A stretch of 53,433 nt of DNA, from contig QPGO01000330.1 in assembly GCA_008632985.1 (NCBI GenBank), positions 1-53,433 of the forward strand. The letters run 5' to 3'. A model generated the notes under the pieces. That model was given only the letters and a program-made list of their open reading frames with translations. It was not told where the DNA came from and searched no databases. This stretch comes from Psammoneis japonica (taxonomy: Eukaryota). Made by a program: the position numbers and the translations under genes. Shown here piece by piece: positions 24,850 through 36,619 of this stretch (position 1 is the stretch's first letter; the number at the start of each line of letters is the position of its first letter).

Positions 24850-27552
24850 CTTGATGGCAGGCTTCACAACGTTTTCTTTTGTTTTGCTCACAAAATCTGT
24901 TGTTTTCGACTTCTTTGTTGTCAGGGTGAACACTTCTAGCCTCTTGTTGTAGAAAGAACAAGAATCAGAAGAGTTCTGCAGGCCAAAGGGAGCACTTCAA
25001 TCTCAATTTTTGACGCGTCCGCGGCGCGAGTCATTCGAGGGCTGGTTGCATCACATCGACCGCTGTTGTTCCAAGAGAGCCTCTCATTTTCAAGCTGAAC
25101 ATTGCGCCTTTGACACTTTAAAGGATCTTTGTGTAAAGAAACGGATCAAAGGTGCACTGTCATCTTGCAAAAGTCGATCAGACTCGATTGTTTGTGCAGT
25201 GGCGGGAACGGCACATGCTCGGACAGAGACGTCCATCGCCCAGGTCAGATGCACTCCAAAACACAGTCTCTAACATCAGCAACATTTCTGTCAGAACACT
25301 CAAGCATCAATTGCAGAATTGGCCTCACAGCAGGTCGCGCTCAGCTCTGCGACAATCCCAGACCCAATCTGATGCAATCGAAGCGCGCAACGAGTGCTGA
25401 GGCAATGCAATGGCTTAGACAACCAAGGTTGAGAGCCCCAGAAGACTGGCTCAGGCATGTTTTGCATCAACAGTGGAGTGACAACGGCCACAACATTGCT
25501 GGAAGAGCTTCTTGTGTTTGTTTGGTGGATGAGCCGGATGCATCAAATGTCTCCAGTCGAACAGCTTCCGGCATCTCAAGCCCTTGAACAACTTTGTCAT
25601 TTGTTCCAACCACCCATTGTCATTGCCATGGACCACTCATGGCAAGAAACAGATGAATTCACAACGATGCATGATGAACATTGTTGCATTCCGAGTCGAT
25701 TTGGTTGTCACGTGGGGGCTGGCAAACTGTTTCAAAGTGGACATGTGTTTGTTTCTGCTCACATGATTCCACCCAAGAAAGCGAATCCATCCATGCCACC
25801 ATTTTTGTTGAATCGATCAATGAACACAAGTGCTCTGGCATGTGCTTTGGTCGGAGAGACCTTTGAAACCTTTGCTGGACTCTGGTGGATGGAGGCAACA
25901 ACAATGAAAACGCATGAGAAGCAGCAATGTGAAAAAAAAGCATCTCAAGGACACAATCGAGCAGGAATCTCCATGACACATGCTCCCAGTCAGGTGTGAA
26001 AGGACTCTCCAGATGAGATTCCTGCTCGATTTTCAATGTCAACGCCGCCGCAAATGATGTTCCTGGTTCTTGGTTCTTGATCGATGTCTTTTTTTCTCGC
26101 GCAAAAAGCACGAAGATTTTCAGATGGCGGACGAGCGCGCCAAAAGACATTTTAGTCGAACGACTCATGCGGTCCCTCCATGTGCATTCACAGGGCCAGA
26201 CATTTTCTGTGACATGCCAAATCAGAGGGACAGCACACCCAATGTCAGAGGGACATGACAAGCGTGCAACTGCCACACACAGACACATGAACACCGAAGG
26301 ACGACACATTCAAAACTGAGGGACACGACACCACAACAATCACACCTCACACACACCAATGCTCAACGCTTCCAACGCTGCAACACAATGAGACACAACA
26401 TCACATCATGTTGCCGGTGCTGTGTGTCTGAACAACTGCAACATGCACAGAGCTGTGACACTGTGTTTTGTGGATGACTTTGTGTGGTCAACCCACCTTT
26501 TGACAGGGCTGCGCAGGTGCATTCCAAGAAAGACATTCGAGCCAGTGGACTTCGAGGTCCCAGACCACAGGCTCCGGCAACAAAAAATGAGTGTTGTTTT
26601 GTTTGTGTTGACACAATGTCGGCATTGCTGCCATCGTGTCCCGATTCATGTAAAAAAAAAAACAAGGCATTCTCTGTTGCAATGTGTGTCCTTGCACTGC
26701 TTCATTTTTCCCGCCATCTTGTTGAATTTGCTGCAGCAATCAATGGGTGCGTGCAAAAATGATGCCGGCATGATGCCGGTGTGATTTGTTCGGTGGCATT
26801 TATTTTCTCAATCTGTTGTTTTGCTTTGATCTTTGTTTGCTCTCCTGCAGAAAATCAAGATGCTTTGTGACTCCAAGAGATTGGTGTCGCGGGTGTTGAG
26901 TGCAGAGTGATGAGTGTTGGCAATGAGTGGGATGACATGTGATGCCATGTCATGTGTCATGTGCAGGGCGGCTTGAGCTGGTGCAGCACCAGCGTCATGC
27001 TGGGTGGCTCAATGTGAGAAGGAGCATTCTTTGTTGCACTTTGCAATCTCTGTCACTTTTGGAAAAGTCCCAAAACATGGGCAGACAAGGATCATGTCTC
27101 CAAATGACTCAAGTGTCTGCTGAGGATGCTGCTTGCAGCTGTGGCTCCTTGGTGATCCCACCTTCTGCATGGGCTGTTTTGATGAGAGCAAAAGGATTGC
27201 ATCCTGGGGGGTGATTGGGCACCTCCAGCACACGGGCGCCTGGCCATCTTTTTTGAAGGAGCCAAGAGTGTTGACGACCTCCCAAGTCTTGTTGCTTGTT
27301 TGTTTGCATTGCTTCTTCCTTTGGATGAAACGATTGCAAGACATGTGTTTGTGCAATGCTTGCAATGCTTTGAGCCCCACAGATGATCAAGCAAACAGAG
27401 ATGTCAGCTCAGTCGCTCAGTCGGACATGGAGTCTTGTTGATGTGGGTGGTGGTGTGTTGGGCACTTTGTTGGAGCAAGCATGAGTTGCCCGAGGCAGCA
27501 GTGAAGGCAATGGTGGTTTTGTTGAAGGGAGGTGCCAGGGGCTTGGCCGACG

Positions 27553-27931
27553 CGTTCCAGGTCTGGGTGGGACCTCGCACCACTGAGCTGTGACATCGAC
27601 AGTTTTTTGAATCGCGTCGCATGTCACGCACACAGATTTCTGCATGATTTTTGTGATGTTTTGTGTCATTTTACGGCACACTCATTGAGTGATCTGTCCA
27701 ACAACTTTTGACATTTTTTGTTGCAGCACGATTCTACAATGTCTTGAGAGTCACACAGGGCAGGCGCGTTTGCAAAAACGTTGAGTGGCAAGAGGCACAA
27801 TTGCACCACAAACTTGGCTGTTTGTTTGATGTTGAAGACAAACACATCCATCAATTGAGCTCTTGTGCTGCAGAGGTCGCACACAGAATTCCACGGGCCC
27901 ATGTTGCATGGAGTCCCGCCCAGGGCTGGAA
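27553..27931 (+). repeat. Dispersed ~380 bp repeat, copy B (copy A at 12001-12380)
   Basis: Colinear match to copy A, with further loss of TA and CG. Confidence 0.9.
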
Positions 27932-30900
27932 TGCGTTGGCCGCACTTTGCACAGATGGATTTTTGGTTGTGGCAGCAGTGCTGGGTGGGTGTCTGTGCAG
28001 GACTTGTTGGCATCAGATGTTGGGTGGAGGGAGGTGTGTGCAGCATTCAGCATGGCAGCATTTGTGTCAGCACAGGTGGCATCATTGACGGCGATGTTGG
28101 TGCAGGCAGCATCGTTGTCTCTGGATTTGGAGCAGCAGGCAATTCGGTCAGCGGCACTGGCGCAAGGTGGGAGGGAGAGTTAGATTTGGTGTGGTGGTGG
28201 CATTGGGTGGCTGTCTGTGTGGAGTTTGGTGTTGGAAGCAGACAGAATGAATGACCCGCTGGTTTTCTTAGAAGCAGCTTGAACGCTGCAGTGTGCTTCA
28301 TGCAAAACCAGGGCACCTGATCATTTTAGGAGTGTGGGTTGGTCACACGGACTTGTTGTCTCAGCTGCAACTGCCTGCTTCTGCTTCTGTCAATGTGTGC
28401 AACAGAGAGGTGCAATCCAAACGGCAAGGTGTGAAACACATCAAGAGTGCCCTGCAACACTGTCATGGATTGACTTGGTGTCACCATTGCAAAATGTGAG
28501 AGTGCGTCATTTGTGCCACACCAAGAAGATTGATGATGACATTCAAGGCAGTCTAGATGACACATTTCCAAAATGACATGATTGAAGACTTGCAAACACA
28601 GTCAAGATGCACTTGTTTGTAAAAAGGAAATGCCTTGATCTGTTGATTCTCAAGGCATGACAACCACAACAATGTGAGTGGCTGGTGCAAACAGCGATGC
28701 TGTTGGCTCCAACACTTCCAGCCCTCTGCTGGCATGCTGGCAGGCTTCTGTTGCAAATCCAGCAAAAGGAGTCATGGTCAATTTGCAGCCATTGTTCTTC
28801 TTAAAACCATTCAATGTGTGTGTCAACAATGGGAGAACCTCTTGTGATGGGGTCTTTGGCTTGTCACTCGCACTCTGGTGGAGGCATCAAATGGCACAAA
28901 ATGAGGGTGAGTCACTCAAATGCAAAAACATGGCTCAAATGGAGTTTGGGAAGTGGAGTCGCCATGCAGAAACCTTCTCATGGGTGCAAGGAAGACATTC
29001 ATGCCCTGACTCCACTTCCCATGTCAACATTGATGCCGCCACAATTGATGTGCTCGTCACGGTGGGACTGTGTGTTTTGCCACACAGGAGTTTCAGAAGG
29101 GCGGACAAACATCGGGCAGAGCATTTGAGCCAAAGCATTCAAGCCACAAGGTCCCTCCAGCCACGCATTCACAGGGCCTTTCACAGGGCCTTTCACATGG
29201 TGGGGGCCCAAAGTCAAGGGACGCGAGCAATGCTCCCCCAAAAAATTTTCATGCAGTGGTGCACGTGCTCAAAAGCACAGCAAGGGGGCACAGCACAGGT
29301 GCCTCATGCGGCACAGCACATGCAACAAGCGCTTCTCATTTGCAAGAAAAAGCAAAAGCACATGAAACCACAATGCTGCACTCCGCCACACCCACAGGTG
29401 AATGTGGAGGCTTGTGCCTGCATCTCAAAGCCCAAGCTTTGGAAGAGACAATTCAGCCAATGCCGGTGGAGACTTTTTTGCACCTTGCTCTTGAACAACA
29501 GCAGAGCACATGCCGCAAGCAACATCAACAAGACAGGTTGCACCCGCCTTGCTCAAGACTGAGTCTCTTTGCTCCAGAGTCTGTGGAAACAAGCAGAAGC
29601 AACACAGCAACCCGGGCCCATCTTGGCTTTTGCCATGCCACTGCAGGATCAAGATTGTCGCCAGCCTGCGCCATTGTCATGACAAGCACACTGTGGTTGA
29701 GACCATTGACACTGTGGATGGTGTCTTGGACACGAGTGGGGGATGACAGAAGTGACTGCTTTTAGCCATCGCATGTCTGTGTGAACATTTCACAGAAGCA
29801 GCCAGTGCTGCAACAATGGCAGCCATGACGTGCAGCAGGTTGCTCCTGTCGGATGACTTGACTCATTCTCAGCAACATCTGTCCCATGACCGGTGCCGCA
29901 GCCACGCCGCTTGACCTGCACAGCGCTGCCAACATCTCTCCCAAGATTGTGCAACACAGGCTGCAAAAGGAGCACCTGCATCACGAACAACTCAACACCA
30001 TTGACTGCACTTCACTGGTGGATCAACCTCGCCGCAAGCTCTGCATCGTTGATGAAATTGAAAGCCTCGAGAGATTTGAGTCAGAGCACAGACTTTGACA
30101 AACACACCCGCGCATGTGGGCCCCAAGAGCACATGGACGAACTGGAGCGTGAAGTGCCAGACGTGCAAGAGGAAGCCAAGCTGGACCTTGAAGCTCAAGC
30201 AGAAGCAAGCATGCTCAAGATTGGCTGAGGTGATGTTGAAACGAGCCAACGAAATGCATCGACGCACAAATGAAATGGACGTCAAGATGCCATGACCAGA
30301 CGTTGGCATGGAACAGCACAGCAGGAGTCGTTCACAACAACCTGCAGTGCGTGCTTTTTCTTTTCATCGCTTTTGCCTTTTGCGTGGTGCAGCGTGCACC
30401 AAGTGAGCACCTTTGTCACATTCTGTGGTGTTGTCGTCACTGTTGAAAGGAGCGCCAGTGCAATGGACTGCACTTGCCAAGCAACTTGCGGTGGGATTCC
30501 AAGCTGCTTCCGTGTGACATTGCCAACAACAATCTCAATCGTGTCATGTTTGGATCCAATTCCACCAACTGGATCAGAATTTCTTCCCAAGATCTTTTCC
30601 ACCACATGGCATGCGTGGTTCTCCGCCACTTGTCCAAATGCTTGCAGCTGTGCTCCAAAGTGAAATTGCCATTTGATGATGGCACATGTCAACCTTGACA
30701 ACTCTTGTCGGTGGGGCCAGCTGTCATGTGTTGGTTTGGTTGCATGTGCTCTCCAAGGCGCAGCAGAAGTCTTGTCGAGAAAGCCCAACCAAGGCCCTTC
30801 GTTTTTGCTTTTGTCCACAAGCACCAGCAGAGCCATGCTTCACGCTGACACAAGTGCAGCACGCTTGATGTGGCTTGAATCCAATGAACCTGCATGTCAC

Positions 30901-31731
30901 GAAATCAACTTCAAAGCAATGTGCTCCAATCCAGCCGATGGCGATGTGGAGCGCAAAGGCGTGGTCTTGCTTTGAGCGGCACTTCCTGGTTTGAAAGGGA
31001 GCTCTGTTTCCTTCACTCTGGTGGACCGCCAGCACTCAACCAAAATGGTCGGTTCACGTCTGGCCTCTCCAACACTGCCGAAGGCTCAAGAAAAAGTTCA
31101 ACAGCATGAACAAGTTCAGCGTGAATCTCGGAGGAAGCACAGAGTCCAGTTTCTAGAAGCTGTGCTGCCTCACATCCATGAGATGGCACAACATGCCGGT
31201 GCTGACAACTGCAAGGTCTCAGATCTGCTGACATCTTGATCTGGCTGTTCTTTCTCAAATGAAATGAAAGCATCATCATCATCATCATCTCCCTCGATTT
31301 TCCACCGGCACACTGAAGAACACGAGAAACCTCCGGATTTTTTCGAGTGTGCAATTGAAGGCGCTGCATGTTTGAAATGCATGATGCGATTTATGTGGTT
31401 CAACAATGATGTAGACCGCGGCAATGACAATGTCATTTGCAGTCTTCAGGAAAGAATGAATCTGAAAACACACTGACGATGTTGTGCAAAGCGCAGGCAA
31501 ATTCGCGCGATTGGAGCTCATAACCCATTTGGTGACCACACGACAGTGCCAGGTGCTCTGGAATGATTTCCCACCCTGGTTCGCCCCTCGCTAGAATTCG
31601 TCTGCATGGACCACTGGAAAGTTCAGTTTGCAGGATAACAACAGTGTGAGTGAGCAACAAGCAACAGAATTGATTGTTTCGGTCCAGACAATGCTTCGTC
31701 GTACCTGGACCCAATCGCAGCTCCAATCTGT

Positions 31732-33004
31732 TTGCTTCGCCACAACTTGTTAGAGGGGGGCAATCAGCTAGATCTGGCCTATGCCCCTCTCTTGTGTGAA
31801 GAACGTGGTATCCAGCCTTCCCCTCCGACACGCCACACACCGCACGCCACTCACACACACGCGCAACACCATGGCGTCGCCAAAAGCCAGCAGCGCCGTC
31901 GTCTCGACAAGAGCAGGACCTACCGACAATTCTTTATCGACCTCACCCACTCGTCGTGCAGCTGCAAAAGAAAATATTACTCAAAGCTGGGCCACTTGGC
32001 GTCAGGAACAACAACAGAAGCAGAATCATACGCCTATTACAGACTCTCGCGTCTTCCACAGTCTCCATCGCCATTTCGTCCCCAAGGCCTCGATGGATTG
32101 GTGGTGGACAACATGGGTGCCACGAGAAAACCGGATGGATATTTGAAACGGATTGCAAAATTCACAAATAGCTTTGCAGTCGATGTACCCGAGGAAGTCA
32201 AACGAATCCACAATACACTACTGAACACACATAACACTGGCTACACTACAACGACAACAACGACACGGAGTGATTGTGGTGGACGCGGATACGTTTTGCG
32301 GCTGCCACGAGACGAGCGACAATGGGAGGACTTGATTCAATCTCACACTCTCCATGCGACATTGCAGTGATGATGCGGACAAACAACAACTAGAGTTTCG
32401 TATCGATGTGACTGGTTTGTCGCCCAGTGGGGGCAATGCCTTGACTCGGTCAGTACAAGAATTCTTCCACAAACTTTTGGAACTACCTCGCATTTCCCTC
32501 ACGATTGATGCGAGTCACTTTCGAATCATTGGTTTCAAGAGTAGGAGTGTTTTTGTGGTACCGACAACAACGAAACGAGCCAGGACTGCAACACTGGATA
32601 CACCATGCACCATGCACTACTACATTGATGACGGTTGCTACGGATCGCTACAAACCACTGGATTACCTGGACACGAGTTTAGCCCCATGCCACTCAAGAC
32701 GACAACGACTAGTAGTGATAATGACGACGGCCTTGACAGGGTTTGCCGACAAGTCATGCTTACGCTTCCTCCACTCAATTGTGACGACTGGCTTGTGTTT
32801 CCAAACTTGGGATGTGGCGGTTTTGGCGGTGGATTGGGGTTGGGTACGGCCTTTGATGGATTTGAACCGCCCGACACTGCTTACTGTGTGTTGGGGTACT
32901 TTTCAAAGACATTGAAAGCCAATCAGCTTGAGATAGTCGTACCGCCTGGAGGACATGCCATGGTTGGTGCTGGACCCAACATGGTACGGTACGTTGCAAG
33001 ATGA
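31732..33004 (+). pseudogene. Ornithine decarboxylase-like (group IV decarboxylase family) degenerate gene, frameshifted near 32340-32370
   Basis: HYYIDDGCYGSL, DGLDRVC, LPPLNCDDWLVFPNLG and GTAFDGF match the ODC C-terminal domain. The GPTC part of GPTCDGLD is missing. The true start is uncertain. Confidence 0.6.
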
Positions 33005-34803
33005 AGATGGACGTACAGTACATTACACTTGACCATTCGAATAGCGATTGCAATCTCTACATATCCAAGCATGGCATGCATTGAAATAAACAAAACAACA
33101 AAAAATCAAGTGATCACGCCCCTATTCACCGTCCAACAACAGTCAATAGCGCTTGCAATCATGTCAATCCTTGCGGCACCGACGTTTACGGCTGTATTTG
33201 TCATTTTTCTACGTCCTTCTCGTCATTGATTAATCGGAACAAAGACAACGTAGGAGTAGCAACTTGACCGGGAATCTGTTGAACAAAATCTATTCGGCGA
33301 AAAATGAATTCAAAATTTAAAGTCCTTTCCGCGTCCTCTTGATTCAAACGGAAAGTCATGGCTGTTGTGAGGCACGTACTAGAGAGTATGCTCTTTGTAG
33401 CGAATCCTGATTGGCATTTGCGGCGGAGTTCATCACACGGCATGTTTACCTTGTTGACTTGGTAGAGACTTAAAGAAGAGAAAGAACAAACAGAAAGTCG
33501 TACGGCTTTTCATAATCATACTCCTTCAAGAAGAGAACTCACAAAGCTGCACAAAGACCGCCGCGAAACGTCGACAATTTCGAGATGCCGCAACACGACG
33601 CTACTGTCCGTATCGACCTCGCTGAATTTTTCTCCAAGCTTTCGAATTGGAGAAGAGCCCATTTCAACCTTGCACGGTGTTAACCCCGAGACCGCCGAGG
33701 TATCTGCTCGCTTGAATCGTACACGATCCCATCTCTTGTACACACGGTCAAGTAGCTCCTCTGCAAGTTACAGTCGAATTCATGTATTACAGTGGTGCCG
33801 CACCGTTTCGAACAAACGTAGCATCATCAAAAGACAATGTCACGACAAAAGCCGAGGGCCTCTTACAAGATACATGTCTCTGTGGGAAACCAAATTGGGC
33901 GATAAAATGGGATACCGACAATTTATTGGACGCTCCGCAAGTAGACGCCTTGCTTGTGTCTGGTGTTCTCAAAGAGACCAAACATGGTTTCGAACGACCG
34001 GACTGGGTCGAGCTGCTCCATGATATGAACGAGGCTTTGCAGATTGAGCCGAAATGTCGTTTGACAGACTGATTGACACAATCTTGAAAGAATAGCACGA
34101 CGGACAAGGCTTTGGAATTGGGAAAAGATGTTGGCAAATGCGATGTTAGAATTGTCCATGCCACGTCGGTTCATGACGAGCGTGCTGCCTGATTTCGTGC
34201 TCTTGGATATGCACGTACAGTAGCAGTAAAAAGCGATCCGCAATCACAACGTCGAGTGGGACCGCGGTTGGCAAGGACGCTGGAATGGATGGTGTACCCT
34301 TGGGGTTACAGACGGCCGACCGCCCCTATGAGAATCGAGACACGGGAGCCAATCAAGCCTTGGATCAAGTTGAAGTAAAGGCGTTTTCGTCCACGTATAC
34401 TCAGTGGTTTCGGGATGTTCCGCCTCCAAGCAACGATGTACCCGTGTCTATCACCTTGTCGGGTGCAAACCAGGCAGTGTCATCACTGGCACGTGAACTC
34501 CTGGACCTATCATGTCAATGTATAGTATCGTGAAAACTTGGCACCGGAGGGCGATCCGTTTGAAACGACGATCGAAGTGACTCCATGACGTTGTTCAACC
34601 GAGGCAGAGTTACAGATGCTCCCGGATTCTACCGATGGTTTGGTGGTGGATTCCAATGGCTGAAATCATATTCTTCATCATTTGATGGAGAATTTGCTAG
34701 CTTTGGCGATTCTGTTGTAGAGCTCTCGCGATTGATATGTTCGTATATGCTAGAATGATGGCGATTCACAATCTCGGACAAAATCTAGCGCTCCGATATC
34801 GTC

Positions 34804-34917
34804 AACAACGACGGCGGAGGTATCTTTTTGTTTCTCCCTGTCGCTAAAAATGGAAATGTTAACAACGACGGCGGAGGTATCTTTTTGTTTCTCCCTGTCG
34901 CTAATAATGGAAATGTT
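34804..34917. repeat. 57 bp tandem duplication (34804-34860, 34861-34917), one mismatch
   Basis: AACAACGACGGCGGAGGTATCTTTTTG...GGAAATGTT occurs twice. Confidence 0.95.
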
Positions 34918-35421
34918 TGATGAATTCGTTGGGACGCATACATCTTTCTTTCCAAAATTGACACGCGGTCGACTTTATTGCTTATGTGTTGTCAACAGCT
35001 CTTTTTCCGCCCTTCTTTTGGCGATGGGGGAGCCTCTCTGCCCGTTGGCCAGAAAGGTTAAATGTCGACGAAGGTGTTCTTGATGTGACCGACAAGTGCT
35101 GGTAATTTGCAACAATTCCTCAAGTTTCTGAGAAGGTGGCACAAACTTCAGATGACTGGATTATGTCTCTCTGTGTCAATGACAGCAGGCGGTGTCCTCT
35201 CTAGAAAAAAAAGCAACTTATTACTTCAATCTTCTAGCTACAATTTTTCAGTCGACGTTTCAGGTTCGTAAATCATTGCTTTACCAAGCTTACGAGCTAC
35301 TGTCGGCAGAATTGCTGTTCCAATCCAAACGCACTTTGACATGAATGAATTCGCTGAATTCATCTACCACACCCGACCCCAAACACAATCCACCAAAGAA
35401 GTCCACTACAACGTTTTGCAA

Positions 35422-36468
35422 TTAGTCTTCAGCCGCAACCATCTCTCCATCGTCTTCTTCCTCTTCGATCTCGGCAAGCATGGCCGGATCCGGTTCTTCG
35501 TCGAGGACTTCGGCACAGAAGAAAATGACTTGCCTACGTCCAATCTCCAAGGCGGCTCTTGGTCCCATGGCGTAAAGAAACACCACCTCATCCGCCGTTT
35601 GCGTCTGCGTCGCTCCCGCTTCGTTCTGCTGCTTTTCCTTCAGAAGGTAGTCTTGGTGAACAAACTTGTCCAGAAGGTCGTCGACGTTGGGAGTCTCAGT
35701 ATCGTTTCCGGCGTACCGTTTCTTCTTGTCTTGCTTACGCGACGACGGTACCGGTGGTTCGGCCGGAATGTTTTCGTCCAGTCCGTTCAAGAGTACATAC
35801 AAATCCACATCTCGGATCCACCTCGATCCGTCGTTACGTCGCTCGCCCTTGCAATAGCAAAATGCCAAGACTAGCATGAGCAGCCCCTTGGCCATGGATT
35901 TCTTGGAATGAACCGAGTGAATCGCCTTGGAGTGACCGCCGCCCTCCTCATCCTCGAGGCCATTGATGAGAAAGAGTCTGTCCTTGTACTTGGTGGGCAG
36001 ACCTCCCTTTTGGTTACCGGTATCCATATATGCCGGAGCTCGGCGTAACTCGAATCCAAAGATGTTATGGAGACGAGTGGCGGCTTCTTCAAACGCAGAC
36101 TCGGTAATACGTTCACTGGCATAGTCACCCAGAGCCTCCTTGGCACACTTACGCTTGTCAATAGACTCTCCAGCGACGCCCTTGAAGAGAATCAAACGAG
36201 TCAAGTCAGTGACGAGCTTGTTCTTGGTGTCGCTGTGCATATTGTTCCACTTATTGCGCTCTGACGTCTTGATGGGAACCATGGGCTGAGACGGCTCTGG
36301 CTCTTGCTGCGTGAACTGTACCTGAGAGTAAACAGCATTGTTTCTGGGGTCTTCTTCTTCCTCCTCGTCTTCAGACATGTTGACGACTCGTGCAGCGGGC
36401 TTACGGTCGTCCTCGCTTACATCACTGTCTTCGTAAGTAGAGGAGTGGCGAGAGCTTCGACGGGACAT
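35422..36468 (-). CDS. NSE3: MAGE-domain protein, SMC5/6 complex subunit NSE3-like
   Basis: Intact 348 aa ORF with MAGE motifs LVTDLTRLILFK, LHNIFGFEL, GLLMLVLAF and YAMGPRAALEIGRRQVIFFCAEV. Confidence 0.85.
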   Translation of the reverse strand: MSRRSSRHSSTYEDSDVSEDDRKPAARVVNMSEDEEEEEDPRNNAVYSQVQFTQQEPEPSQPMVPIKTSERNKWNNMHSDTKNKLVTDLTRLILFKGVAGESIDKRKCAKEALGDYASERITESAFEEAATRLHNIFGFELRRAPAYMDTGNQKGGLPTKYKDRLFLINGLEDEEGGGHSKAIHSVHSKKSMAKGLLMLVLAFCYCKGERRNDGSRWIRDVDLYVLLNGLDENIPAEPPVPSSRKQDKKKRYAGNDTETPNVDDLLDKFVHQDYLLKEKQQNEAGATQTQTADEVVFLYAMGPRAALEIGRRQVIFFCAEVLDEEPDPAMLAEIEEEEDDGEMVAAED

Positions 36469-36619
36469 GATGGGAGAGATAGCTTGTGTTGCTGCGAGGT
36501 TTTCTTTTGTGCTACTTGGTGTTGCGGTGTGGTAGAAGTAGACAGTGCCGCACTTCTAGAGTTTGGAGTGTGCTGTGATGCTGTGTGCTTCCAAAATTCC
36601 AAAGTACTCTGTAGTTTCA

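Larger units (their letters stand above)
21560..31390. other. TpA-depleted hypermutated domain 3
   Basis: Near absence of TA, TG/CA excess and nearly Tyr-free overlapping ORFs. Contains an LTR element. Confidence 0.9.

Noticed and set aside
5215..31390. The many overlapping 60-300 aa ORFs as real genes
   Set aside because: They are explained by loss of TAA/TAG stops. They overlap in several frames, lack Tyr and mostly have no recognisable domain.
33200..34700. Short ORFs on both strands as a gene
   Set aside because: No recognisable domain and no consistent exon structure.
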